Shown piece by piece: positions 22,791 through 35,104 of a DNA stretch of 64,000 nt. The stretch comes from Felis catus (lineage: Eukaryota): contig NC_058368.1 in the NCBI RefSeq assembly GCF_018350175.1, positions 78,246,001 to 78,310,000 on the forward strand. Direction: 5' to 3'. The stretch's first letter is position 1; every line of letters starts with the position of its first letter. The notes beneath the pieces were generated by a model, which made no database searches, was not told the origin of the DNA, and worked only from the letters and a program-made list of their open reading frames with translations. A program made the position numbers and the translations under genes.

Positions 22791-25560
22791 AAAGTCTTAG
22801 GAATATATTTAACAAGAAAGGTGTGAGACGTATCGTAAATATTCTAAACTATTTTTGAAAAACAAAGAATGTAATTTGTTTTAACTCTTCTGGATCTCTT
22901 ACGTTTTCATTAGAGTTTTAGGATTAACGTGTCAATTTCTGCCAAAAAAAAAAACAAAAAAACAAAAAAAAAAACCAAAAGGCAGCACGGATTTGGATAG
23001 GAATTAGATTGAATCTGTATATCAGTTTAGGGCATATTGCCCTATTCACAATATAAAGTCTTCATTTCACATTTTATTTGGGCTTAAATGTACCCTTTGT
23101 TTTATATGTATCTCACCTGTTCTATGTTCTTCTGCTTTAATGGGGGGCGCTGGGATTAATTAGATATTTTTATCACATTCCTCTTCCTTCATTTTGTCAG
23201 TTCTAGCTTCTATTGTCCTTTGTTAGTGATCATTCTAGAAATTATAACCTACCTCCCTGGCTTATCAAAGTAGGGTAAAGATGAGTGCTTTTTAACAATT
23301 CCTAGACCTTAGAATATCTTCATTGCACGCATCCCCTTTTTCTTAACATTTTGTAATTGGTGTCTGCATTTTAATTTTATGCACATATTAAATTATATAG
23401 ACATTTACTACCATTATTTTGTACAATCGATGTTCTTTAGATTTACTCAGATATTTACTCAATCTGTTGTTTTTCATGTTTTCCTTAACATATGGTCTTC
23501 TGTACAGAAAAGTCTCATATGTGTGACCATTGCCCTTACAACTGAACCCACCTCAGCATTTCCTTTAGTATAGATCCATAGGCAACAAATTACCTCGGTA
23601 TTAGTTTTTCTGGAAATGCCTTCATTCTGCCTTTATTTTTGAAAGACCATTTCACCGACTATGGAATTCTTTTTTTAAAAATGTTTTATTATTTATTTGA
23701 GAGAGAGAGAGAGAGAGAATGAGCAGGGGAGGGGCAGAGAGAGAGAGGGAGACACAGAATCTGAAGCAGGCTCCAGGCTCCGAGCTGTCAGCACAAAGCC
23801 TGACGTAGGGCTCGAAACCACAAACTGCAAGATCATGACCTGAGCCAAAGTCAGATGCTCGACCAACTGAGCCCCCCGGGCACCCCTCACTGAGTATGGA
23901 ATTCTTAATAGCCATTATTTTCTTTCTGCACTTCAAAGATACTACCCAATTAGTTTCTAAATTCTATCATTTCTGCCCCATTCCCTGTTCTCCCCTTTCC
24001 GACTTCAATTTCACACGAGACCTCTTTCTTTCTTATGTCTCTTATGTACCCTTCTGTATTTTATATCATTTCTCTCTGGGTATTTCAATGGACAGATCTT
24101 CCTTGCACTTGAATATAATCTGCAACTAAAACCATGTACTTCAGTTACTGTCTTTTTGAAGAGCTTTGAATTCTTTTTACGACACTCAAATTCTCAGGAG
24201 AAACCCTCCAGATTGTCATCCATTTTCTTGAACCTAACAATCACAGTTATTGTAAGGATTGTGTCTAAGAAGCCCGGCATCTGGATCACCTGCTTCTATG
24301 GTTTGTTTTTTCTTTTCTCTGCTTTCTGACATACCTGGTGATTATTGATTAAGTGTTGGATATTAATATAAATAATTGTAGAGTGTCTTTGTGAACAGTT
24401 GGCTTTTGACAACAGTTGGAGCAGAGACAGAGCCCCCTCATCTGATGTGGAAGGTATGATTTTGTTTTCTCTCCAGGCTGTGGCTACAAGAGTGAGTTTT
24501 GGATTTCAGACTTTGAAAGACATGGTCAATTTTGGGTTTACACTTTTCTTACAATGTAGCCTTTCCAGCATCACACCTGAGGGTCTGGGCTGTCTAAGAG
24601 GGTACCTCCTCCCGGGGAAGCCCAAACTCAAGTTCATTCCTCCAGGCTGGTGAAACTTACACAGCAGCCCTCTTACACCGCAGCCTGGGGAACTGGCCCC
24701 CCAGATCCTAGCTGGTTTGGTACGCTGGATTTCAGTTTCAGTGTCCTTGTGCTGTAGGAGAGTCACTGCTGTCTGCTCAGATTTCTCCTTGCTGTCTCCG
24801 CCCCTTGTCCAGCTTATCTGAACTACAAGCAAATGCCTTCTGGGTCGCAGCATAGAATGTGAGGCTCCGTGCACTGATTTTTCTCTTCCCTCAGTGATCT
24901 TGGACCTCACATTTGGGCTGCTTTCTGAGGTCTCTGAACAGATTTTTTTTTGGAAGGGTGGCGGGGGGTGACACGGGTTATTTTACATGTTGCTTTCTAA
25001 TTTTGGAGGAGACGGAAGGTGTGCTTTGCTGGAATCTGGTCCGTCATAGCTGAAAACACAAGCATCTGAGGGAGTATTTAAGGGAAATCCAAGTTACTGC
25101 ATCATTTTGTCTGTAAATACTTCAATATGTACTATCAGCATGTACGATGTTGTCTTCATTTAACACAAGTCTATCATCTATTATATCTATTATATTCTAT
25201 TATAAAAATAATTACTCAACATAATCTAATATCAAGTCTATGGTCACATCACATCTTCTCAAATGTCTAAAAAAAAATCATTTAATGAATTTAGATGCAA
25301 GTGACGCCCAAACGTTGTCTTTTCTTAATGTTCTTTTTAAGCGCTAACAATCTCCCCTCTATTTTGTCATTTTCATTTATAATTTGAGAAGTGTTCTTTT
25401 TTTTCATGTAGAAGTTCCCACATCCTCAATTTGGCTGATTGCATTCTTGTCATTTTACTCGTTCCTCTCGTCCCCGTCTAGAACAGAAATTGGAAGTTAG
25501 ATATTGAGGTTTGATTGCATTCAGGTTTTTGAAAAATACTTCAGAGGACCCAGGTAAGTT
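22790..25560 (-). mobile_element. Patchwork of old L1 fragments (mostly antisense)
   Basis: ORF2 antisense ggatttggataggaattagattgaatctgtatatcagtttaggg, followed by T-rich decayed L1M-like sequence. Short sense ORF2 piece at ~22790-22870. Confidence 0.55.
23672..23886 (-). mobile_element. CAN-SINE
   Basis: TSD tcaccgactatggaattctt vs tcactgagtatggaattctt. Confidence 0.95.
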
Positions 25561-25577
25561 TTTATTATCCTACTCTT

Positions 25578-25662
25578 CATGTTGTTTTACATATTGTTTT
25601 ACATGTTGTTTTACATATTGTTACATGTATGTTTTACATATTGTTTTACATGTTGTTTTACA
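25578..25662. repeat. Minisatellite, ~7 x 12-bp CATRTTGTTTTA
   Basis: Seven units read directly from the sequence. Confidence 0.95.
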
Positions 25663-25932
25663 GTAAGCTCGGATGTTGTCTGAACCAAATATTTTTTAAG
25701 TGAAAACAAGACATTGTCTAAGACGTATTCTGTCGGGTCGTTCCTGTACTCACATGTCATCACTGGGCTCTCTCAGGCGACATCCGTGGTGGTTCGTCCT
25801 TCATTTGCTTAGTGTATTCTACTTTTAGGCACAATTGCATTTTTATTCAGTTTTAAAGGACATAAAAATTCACCCAGAATATTCGAGTGCAGTTAGAAAA
25901 ACAGTATCTGCCCTCAAAGACCATCAGAAGTA

Positions 25933-25936
<4 letters not shown>

Positions 25937-25972
<36 letters not shown>
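25937..25972. repeat. (GA)n microsatellite
   Basis: Uninterrupted GA run. Confidence 0.97.
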
Positions 25973-25976
<4 letters not shown>

Positions 25977-26036
25977 TTAAGAGAGTAGAGTAAGAAATAT
26001 CCACAAGTTGTCTAAACCTGACTTCTAAAGTCAGTA

Positions 26037-26043
<7 letters not shown>

Positions 26044-26079
<36 letters not shown>

Positions 26080-26282
26080 CATTTATTCATTTTTGAAAGG
26101 CAGAGGGAGACAGAGCGTGAATGGGGGAGGGGCAGAGAGAAAGGGAGACACAGAATCTGAAGCAGGCTCCGGGCTCTGAGCTGTCAGCACAGACCCTGTC
26201 GCGGGGCTCGAACTCATGAACTGTGAGATCATGACCTGAGTCGAAGTCAGCTGCTTCACTAACTGAGCCACCCAGGCGCCCC
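26044..26282 (-). mobile_element. CAN-SINE with (TA)n tail
   Basis: Perfect TSD aagtcagtaatgcttt (26028-26043, 26283-26298). Confidence 0.96.
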
Positions 26283-27920
26283 AAGTCAGTAATGCTTTTA
26301 AAACAGGGGCCCCCAAAGGTCCTACATACTGTGCCCCCCCCGGGGTAACAGTCATGGACTGAACTTTGGGGTGCCCGCAAACTGGCGTGTGGAGCTCCTG
26401 GCTCCCCTGCGTGCTGGTGTTGGGAGTCGGTCCTAGCTAACAGCTGAGTCCTCCTGAGGCTGTTCAGAGCCTCTCAGCCTTCTTCCCAGAGGCTCAATGC
26501 CACCCCGACCCCCTGCTCCAGGCCCGGACAGAGGCCGTCCTGCATACAGCCCACCCCACCCTCCTGCAAGGGGGGCTGTAATTTTCCGTGCAGTTGATGA
26601 GAGAAAGAGCAAGCGGAGCTCCTGGTTTGGACAGGGGCCTGCAGATCCTGCCTGAGCGAATTCTTCACCCTGTGAACTGTGGCTCCCACCACCTGGCTAT
26701 GCTCTTCACGGCCACGTTTTGTAGCAGTTCGTTCTCACCTCCAAATTAGAGAAAGGCTCTCTGTGCCCGATTTCAGCTTGGCCACCTCCCCATTAGCCCA
26801 CGGCTGCCATGAGACCCGAGTAAGTGGTGCCTGTGTCCAGCCGACGCGGCCGAGGTGCCACTTTGCACACCCCCTCGACCACCAGCCACCGAGCTCCCGC
26901 CGGCCACCAGGCGGCGTGAGGTGTTCACAGAGAAGGCTGGGAGGGACTCGAGGTTAAAGAAAGCGTGGCCTCACCTCTCGAAGGGACTTACGGTGTGGCC
27001 GGGAAAGGACTCTTACACCAGAGAGCTAACAGTGCGGAGACAAGACTTGCGTCGCATTGCTCTGAAGACACGGCCGGTTCTACATGCCAGCCTCTCCGAC
27101 AGCCTTCGGCCCCTGTCTCTCCTGCCCGTCATTCTGCCTCTCCTTGGTCAGTCCTGACATTCGTCCAATAACCCTTATTGAAAGGGGCCCCGGGAGGGAG
27201 GGATCCTTTCCTATGTTCTTCCTACGTTCTGGAAAGCAAGATCAACAAAGACACAGAAGGACCGACGTGAGGGATGTATTCAGAGAATAAGTGTCCCGGG
27301 GTGAGGGTGAGGTTTTAGGCAGAGAAGACATTAGTAGGTATGTCAGTAAAGAGTTAAATCAAAGGTCATCTGTGAATCTGCTTGATCTTCCCAATGTCCA
27401 CACAAAGAAGGCGTGGGTACGGATGTCCCCTAAGCTCTGTCCTGTTCCTCTACGGTGGGGTTACGGAATCTCGTGACAGCACAGATCGCACTGGGATGTA
27501 GAAGTCGTCCTGGAATTAGGGCGGGTAGAGCACACGGACACGGCAGCCATGGATTCCCTCAATCACGCTCCAGATCCGAGGCCTCTCTGTGGCCCCCAAT
27601 GGTCCTGCGAGGTTCTGTGTGCCCTCACCAGTTTCCCCTGTTTGTCCTGCCCTTCCAAACCACCTTTCTCCACCCTCCCTCAGGGTTCACGCCACAGAAC
27701 TCCAGGGTTTCTTGAAATCCCACGTTCTCCCCTGCTCGAATGACTTAAGTCTTACTCATTAGTTTCTTTATTTCTTACTGGATGACTCCCTAATGACAGC
27801 ATAATTTCTCCATCATCAAATGAGTATCTTTAATAATCGGGTTTCTTTCCTGAAGACTCATTGTATTTTTCCTAACACGTTTAATTTTAATCAATCATTA
27901 CATATCTCACCGTTAAGCAG

Positions 27921-28158
27921 GATAAGAGTGCAGTTAAAAGACTGGTCCTTGGAGCCAGACGACCTGGTCTAAAATCCTACTTCCTCCACTCAGTGGCTTG
28001 GGCGGAGCCCCCGGCCTCCGTTTTGTCGTCTGTAAAAATGGGCATGATAACCACACCAAGAGAAAGGGTGTTGTATTAGGTAAGTGATACATGGTAAGCG
28101 CTCGCGACAGCGAGAACGACTTATCCCTCAATAAATTTTAGCTACTTTTATTATTATT
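27921..28158 (+). mobile_element. MIR SINE, near full length
   Basis: ttggagccagacgacctggtctaaaatcctac...gtctgtaaaaatgggcatgataa...ctcaataaattttagctac. Confidence 0.85.
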
Positions 28159-29062
28159 GCCTTAATATGATAGCTATCTGCATCCTGAGAAGCTATTTCC
28201 TCATCCGCCTGTACACGCATGGTACTTGCACGTTTGAGAATGGTTGGGGGCGGGGGGTGGGTGGGAGGACTCAGTCACAGCAAAGAGAAGAGCCTGTGGG
28301 GGCCTGGATGTTTTAGAGGCTCCCCTCCCCTTTTGCGATATTATCTGCTGCCACCTGCTGGGGCTCTCAGGCATTGTTCCCATCGTATGAACCGATGATC
28401 CAAGCCGTGATGTTTCATACAATTTCACGTTAACACCGAATAAAGCAAGTAAAATACATTACTCAAAGCGTGCATTCCACCAATATCCATGTGAACGATT
28501 GCTCTCACTGGGTGGCTCTATGGCTAACTAAACGCCATCTTCAAATGCTCCGTGACGCTGCGTAGGCTGTGAAAAGCCCACACTGATGTGATTCCGAGCA
28601 CCCTCATATTTATGATAATGACTACAAAGGCTCTCTTAGTTATAAGATCCACGCTTCAGGGAATATTGTAATGAAAAGTAGAATTTGAGACAAATGTGAC
28701 ATTTAAAAGGTTGCAGTTTTTAAATTAAAAGGAATTTAAATTATTGATACCATAAAACCGTTTTCCTCTTGTTATTTAAAAATACTTCAGCATAAAATGA
28801 GGAAAATGGTTAAACAAATAGGAGACACTGAGATAAAACATTAAGAATCCCTTCAGATTTCTGAAGAAAATATAAAGTGTACTTTTAAAGGCTTTCCATT
28901 GTTTTGCATTCGTTCTCGGGGTTTAGGGTCCTGTAATGGGAACGACATTTGTGTTCTATACTGTGGCTAAGCTTGGAGTCAAAGTGAGAGACAAAACCAT
29001 ATGGAAGCCTAGAAAATAATATGGCAGAATGTCATAAGTAAAGGTTAGAAAATAAAGCTCCA

Positions 29063-29292
29063 GGGGCACCTGGGCAGCTCAGTCGGTTGAAAGTCCGACT
29101 TTGGCTCAGGTCATGATCTCACAGTTCGTGAGTTCGAGCCCCGCGTCGGGCTCTGTGCTGACAGCTCAGAGCCTGGAGCCTGCTTCGGATTCTGTGTCTC
29201 CCTCTCTGACTGCTCCTCCCCCTCTCACGCTCTGTCTCTCTCTCCTTCAAAAATAAATAAACATAAATTTTTTTAAAAAAATTAAGAAAAAA
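29063..29292 (+). mobile_element. CAN-SINE
   Basis: TSD agaaaataaagctcca vs agaaaagaaagctcca. Confidence 0.96.
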
Positions 29293-29777
29293 AGAAAAGA
29301 AAGCTCCATGATTTAAAATTACTCAACCCCAAAGAGACTCAGAACAATGACATCTCTCGTCATTGAGTACTCAAAGACGGCAAAGTATCTGTCCCCCAAA
29401 GGACACAAATCCCAAGTAACATTTCTCAGAGTTAGTTATATTAGTGAATCAGCACACAAGCCTTAATAAGCATCAAAGTACTAAATATTGAATTCTCTGT
29501 CTAGAAGGATCACAGAAGGTTAGGGCTGTGAACACCAGGGTGGAAAATGTGATGCCTCCCTTCCGAGTTTTCCTGCTGAAAGGTCTGTGCGTGTAGACAC
29601 AACTCTGCCCCACGCAGGACTCCGATCCGTATCCTGTGGTATCGAACCACATTGTCGTTAACACGCTTTGTATCAAGACCTCAACTGAGAGTCATATGAA
29701 GGCTCTGGAGCTCTTCCCCCCAAAATTCTCATATCCACTACACGTACACACTCATGCATGCATGCACATCCATGAAC

Positions 29778-29808
<31 letters not shown>

Positions 29809-29946
29809 ATTGCCAAACCCCTGAATCTCTTTCTTGGATCCCTTAAGGGTAAAGAATCCATGAACGTATCATATGTAAGAAATTTTCCAATACTAAACTC
29901 CAGATTATAAATTTGGTCTAATGTGTCCCAGCAAGGAGTGGGGCAT

Positions 29947-30330
29947 TGTGCTGGTTATTGGTAGGTGTCAGCTTGGCTGGATGCCCAGACACGTGTCACC
30001 TATGATTCCAGGTGTGTGAGGGTGTGGGGATGAAATTACCTGTGAATCAGTAGACTGAGGAAAGCGCATCACCCTTTCTAGTGTGGCTTGTCTTCATCCA
30101 ATCCACTGGAGGTCTTAATAGAACAAAAAGGCTGGGGATGAGGAAATTTCACTCTGTCTGTCTTCGTGCTGGGACATTGGTCTTCAGCTGCCTGTGGACT
30201 TGGGCTTTGACTGGACCTTCCACTATCGACTCTTCTGGGTTTCCAGTTTGCTCACTTCAGAACTTAGAACTTCTCAGTCTCTGTAATCGTGGATAGATCC
30301 TTTATAATAAAGCATAGATATATACATACT
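29947..30330 (+). mobile_element. MLT2 (ERV-L) solo LTR
   Basis: tgtgctggttattggtaggtgtcagcttggctgg...gaatcagtagactgaggaaagc...catccaatccactggaggtcttaatagaacaaaaaggctg. Confidence 0.85.
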
Positions 30331-30681
30331 GGAATGTAATGACTAATCCAGGTACGTAAGAGGAAAATCCACACAGCTGGAAGAATAACATAACTTAAAA
30401 CGGTTGTGCACATTTCCTGTTTCTTTGCTCTCCAGATGCTGGTGTGCAACGCGGGCACCCAAAGAGAAAGACCTTTCCTGATACCATCAGGAAGCCCCAG
30501 AACTTCCACGCAAGTTCTGGGGAGGGCACCTGTGCCCACGCATACTGGCAGTGATTCCAATGCGGAGGACGCACGTTGGTCAGAAACAGGCTTGTCCCTC
30601 TCACCTTCCCATTCCGTCTGTCTCATCAAGTTAACGGTTGGTGCTTCTCCTTCACAGTCTCACATTAAAAGAAGTGGCCCT

Positions 30682-30912
30682 GGGGCGCCTGGGTGGCGCA
30701 GTCGGTTAAGCGTCCGACTTCACTCAGGTCACGATCTCACGGTCCGTGAGTTCGAGCCCCGCGTCAGGCTCTGGGCTGATGGCTCGGAGCCTGGAGCCTG
30801 TTTCCGATTCTGTGTCTCCCTCTCTCTCTGCCCCTCCCCCGTTCATGCTCTGTCTCTCTCTGTCCCAAAAATAAATAAACGTTGAAAAAAAAAATTAAAA
30901 AAAAAAAAAAAA
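30682..30912 (+). mobile_element. Young CAN-SINE (SINEC_Fc)
   Basis: Near-consensus with long A-tail. Perfect TSD aaaagaagtggccct. Confidence 0.97.
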
Positions 30913-31336
30913 AAAAGAAGTGGCCCTGATATCATCCGAACTCCCTGCTCGTGGTCTGCTGTGAATCCACAATGATCCACATATTTATGGCTCTTTCGAG
31001 TCTATTTCTAGACCACAAAGTGAGAGCCTGACTCCCAAATCCTACCGCACAAAAGCACTTTGCTTTCTTTGTATTTGGCCACGCCAGTGGGCACAGAGTC
31101 GCGTTCATTCTCGGGTGGCAGGCTCATCTTGGGAAAGCACGAACCTAGGTTCAAGAGGACGACAGGGACTGTTCTTCTAGGCACTTATTCTGAGCACTCA
31201 GGAGGCATAGCTGACAAGTGGGTGCAAAATGTGGCCAAACTTACGATTTTAATAATTGGATCACCTCCCGTACACAGGACACTTGTGTAAGCTATATATG
31301 TATTTGCACACATTTTCATTTTAAATCTGACAACAA

Positions 31337-31578
31337 GGGCACCTGGATGGCTCAGTCGGTTAAGTGTCTGACTTCGGCCCAGGTCATGATCTCGCGATTC
31401 GTGGGTTTGAGCCCCCCGGCAGGCTCTGTGCTGACAGCTCAGAGCCTGGAGCCTGCTTCTGATTCTGTGTCTCCCTCTCTCTCTGCCCCTTCCCCACTTG
31501 TACTCTCTCTGTCTCTCTTTCAAAAATAAATAAACATAAATAAGTAAGTAAATAAGTAAGTCAATAAATAAATAAAGA
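31337..31578 (+). mobile_element. CAN-SINE
   Basis: TSD aaatctgacaac and (TAAA/TAAG)n tail. Confidence 0.95.
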
Positions 31579-32314
31579 AAATCTGACAACGACCTTTGAG
31601 GGCAGTGTTACGGCTGAGGAAGCCGGGGCTCACGGGGTCTCATGTCCTGTTTGAAGGCCAGCCAGACGTCTTAGTACATGCGGCAGCGACAGTCTCTCTA
31701 CTACGTCCATTCTCACGATTGCTTGGCTGAAACCGGTGCGGATAGGATCGGGCTCTTTCCCCGTCTTTGGTCCATTAATATTTTAACTTCACTGAGGAGG
31801 AGATCTGATATGATTAGCCAACTAATTTGCAATTGTCAGAAGAAAGGTGTTATGTGGACGCCAAATGTGATGCAGTGAATGTGATTGCTTTGTTCTTCTG
31901 TGAGACACCATACGCTTGAGCTTCCTTCCACGTTTTGGTACATATTTTCAGAAAAACATCTGCTGGAGCACCAAATCGCTTCATTTCTTTTTCTAACTCA
32001 TTTGTGCTAACTACAGTATCCACGACTAATTTCGGGGTTCATGATCCCTCAGTAATTAACGCTTTCAATGATTTTATTGGAATAAACCTTTGATAATGAA
32101 GAAGATTGTCATCTCCTTGTGGTCCTTCCTCTCTACAGCCATTAGCTTCCCATTCCCCAGACAAAAGGGCCCACTGAGGGTCATAGCGGCCCGTCTTCTG
32201 TCTTTGGCCCATCATGGCTACAAAGCCAAACAGAACCATAAGTTCAAACCGTAAGTTTCTTGTTTCAAAAGATGCAATCCAAGAGATGATGTAACTTTCT
32301 TTCAACGTTTATTT

Positions 32315-32551
32315 TTTTATTTTTTTATTTTTTTTTTAAATTTTTTTTAACGTTTATTTATTTTTGAGACAGAGAGAGACAGAGCATGAACGGGGGAGGG
32401 TCAGAGAGAGAGGGAGACACAGAATCTGAAACAGGCTCCAGGCTCTGAGCTGTCAGCACAGAGCCCGACGTGGGGCTCGAACTCACGGACCGCAAGATCA
32501 TGACCTGAGCTGAAGTCGGCTGCTTAACCGACTGAGCCACCCAGGCGCCCC
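32315..32551 (-). mobile_element. CAN-SINE inserted into the tail of the adjacent SINE
   Basis: TSD caacgtttattt (32303-32314, 32553-32564). Confidence 0.95.
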
Positions 32552-32564
32552 CCAACGTTTATTT

Positions 32565-32759
32565 ATTTTTGAGAGAGAGAGAGAGCGAGAGAGCACGTGG
32601 GCAAGCAGGAGAGGGGCAGAAGGAGAGAGGGAGAGAGGATCCAAAGCAGACTCCATGCTGACAGCAGAGAGACAGATGTGGGGCTTGAACTCATGAACCA
32701 TGAGATCATGACCTGAGCCGAAGTCGGACTCTTAACTGATGGAGCCACCCAGGTGCCCC
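32565..32759 (-). mobile_element. Older CAN-SINE (host of the nested insertion)
   Basis: Antisense body ending ccacccaggtgcccc. Confidence 0.93.
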
Positions 32760-33227
32760 AAGATGACACAAAATGTGAATTAATAAAGAAATTGTGAGGT
32801 CCCAAGTGTCTCCTTGCTAGTACACCTGACATTGTGCTGTCCTGAGGCCCTCTTGCCCTCAAAGTTTTGATTATAAGTAGTGATTTTCTACTTGTGAACA
32901 AGACCTTACTTTGAATTGGTTCCACAAGTGCTAAGGGTGTCACTTTTCCAAGAGAGAAGACCAGACATAGAGCACTTGATGATTTTCTAGATCAGTCCTA
33001 AGTCTGGGGTGCCATGGAGATGTTACTATGATCTCTCGAGAGGTTCAGCAGGCTTCGTGCTCACCTTTCACTGAGCCACTCCACAACGTCATTGAGAAAT
33101 CCCTCCTCCCCTGCTGGAGGACCACTGTCCAAGGCAACGATAGCTTCACGATATTACCAGATTTCCCACTTAGCGAGAAATTGGCCCCTTTGCCCGCAAA
33201 GCCTCCCTCTAGACAAAAACTGCTTTT

Positions 33228-33444
33228 GGGGCCCCTGGGGGCTCAATCGGTTAAGCATCTCACTTTGGCTCAGGTCATGATCTCGTGGTCTGTGACTTCA
33301 AGCCCGGTGTTGGGCTCTGTGCCAACAGCTCGGAGCCTGGAGCCTGCTTCGGATTTTGTGTCTCCCTGTCTCTCTCTCTCTCTGACCCTCCCCAGCTCAC
33401 ACTCTGTCTGTTTCTCTTTTTCAAAAATAAATAAACATTAAAAA
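33228..33444 (+). mobile_element. CAN-SINE
   Basis: ggggcccctgggggctcaatcggttaagc head and aaaataaataaacatt tail. Confidence 0.93.
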
Positions 33445-33769
33445 TTTTTGAATATTGTCTTATATATACATGCTGCTGATTCCAAATTTCACATCTCCCA
33501 CCCCAAAGTCCCCAGACTCCACATTCATACGATCACCTCCTTACTTGGCATCTTGAAAAAGTTCCCAATAAGCATCTAAAACTTAATATACAGGAAAACT
33601 TTTGATTCTTGTGACTCATCAAAGGTGCTTTTCTGAATTTGAACATGAATAAATACTTGATCGTATTAGGAAATTAGTGCTCATTTCTTAGGAATTATAG
33701 TTGCATTGTGGTTGTTTAAAAAAAGATTCCTTGTTAGATGCATAATACATGTAATAATGAATTGATTGT

Positions 33770-33960
33770 GGGGCACCTGGGTGATGCAGTCAGTTAAGTG
33801 TCTGACTTCGGCTCAGGTCATGATCTCATGGTCTGTGGGTTCGAGCCCCACATCAGGTTCTGTGCTGACAGCTCAGAGCCTGAAGCCTGCTTCTGATTCA
33901 GTGTCTCCCTCTCTCTGCTCATTCTCTCTCTCTTTCTCAAAAATAAACAAACATTAAAAA
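33770..33960 (+). mobile_element. CAN-SINE
   Basis: TSD core gaattgattg on both sides. Confidence 0.94.
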
Positions 33961-34273
33961 AATTACGAATTGATTGACCTATATGATAACAAGAATATAT
34001 GGTGTGAGGTCTGGGATGTGCTTCAGTAGGTAGTAGTGGTGGAAGGTGGTGGGAGAACCATCAAATTAAAGTGCGGACGGAACAAGGATCTCAGCGAGCT
34101 GGTGACTGCTTCAGCTGGGTGATGATGTGCTGGGAAGCCAGAGCTGGAGCACCAAACGAAGAATGTGCAGATCAAGACTGGCTGCATGAGGACGCTCAGG
34201 CCAAATGGGGGTGGGTCAGGTAGCTCCCTCAGCCTCTGAGCTCCCCCTTTGGGGAAATGAAAACCTGGTCAGC

Positions 34274-34888
34274 TTGCATGAAAGCATGGTTTCAGTACAC
34301 CCACAAAAAGGAAGTACAGTCACAAGATTTGTTACTTGCAGATACCCCAGATGGGGGTGGACAGTTGTGGTGCAGAGTGAGCCAGGCGAAGGCTGCCCTC
34401 TGTCCCAGGTCACAGATGACCAGGAGATAGAGAGCAGGGTGGTGGTACTGCTACTTACAAGGTGGTTGTGGCCAGAGGTCACTGACTTTCCAAGGACTCA
34501 ACTCTAAGTGGTTATTTTATTTTATCTTATTTTTTATTTTTTATTTTAGAGAGAGAGAGAGAGAGACAGCATATGAGCTGGGGAAGGTGCAGAGGGGGAG
34601 AGAGAGAGAGAAGGAGAGAGAATCTTAAGCCAGTTGTACACTCAGCACGGAGCCCACTGTAGGGCTTGATCCCATGACCCTGAGATCATGACCTAATTAA
34701 AATCAAGAGTTGGACACTCAAGAAACTGAGCCACCCAGGTGCCCCTCTAAGTGGTTATTTTAAAAGGTGTTCCAGGAATATGGGGACTTGGGGAAGGAAT
34801 CCTACCCTCAGAACCTTCTGTGAGTGTCCATCCAGACTCGGGGGCGAGCAGGGGCATCATACTGTGAAATGCCTAGGCACCAGCTCAC
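34274..34888 (-). mobile_element. Probable old ERV-L LTR (MER54/MER74 group), split by a SINE
   Basis: ggtttcagtacacccacaaaaaggaagtacagtcacaagatttgttacttgcagat resembles the antisense U5/R of that group. Confidence 0.45.
34520..34745 (-). mobile_element. CAN-SINE
   Basis: Perfect TSD ctctaagtggttatttta. Confidence 0.95.
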
Positions 34889-35104
34889 AACAGTGTTCTC
34901 ATCACAGCTGAGGATGTGGATTTTATATTACTATCCTTCTAGTTTGGGTTATGTTTAAATTTTCTCCCTAACGTAAATTTTAAAAGAAACTACCTCCTCA
35001 CCATCCAAATAAAAGACATCATCATTAATTCAGTTGCTGTGAACAAAAATCTTTGAATCATCCCTGCCTTATCATTTTTATTTCTTCTCCTGTATTTCTC
35101 ATAT

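Larger units (their letters stand above)
33630..34985 (+). mobile_element. Old L1 (L1MC/MD-like) 3'UTR, interrupted by SINEs and an LTR
   Basis: gtattaggaaattagtgctcatttcttagg...gtctgggatgtgcttca. Resumes ~34910 with ttatattactatccttctagtttgggttatgtttaaattttc. Confidence 0.6.

Noticed and set aside
25578..25662. CRISPR-like repeat array
   Set aside because: Contiguous tandem units with no unique spacers, in a mammalian context.
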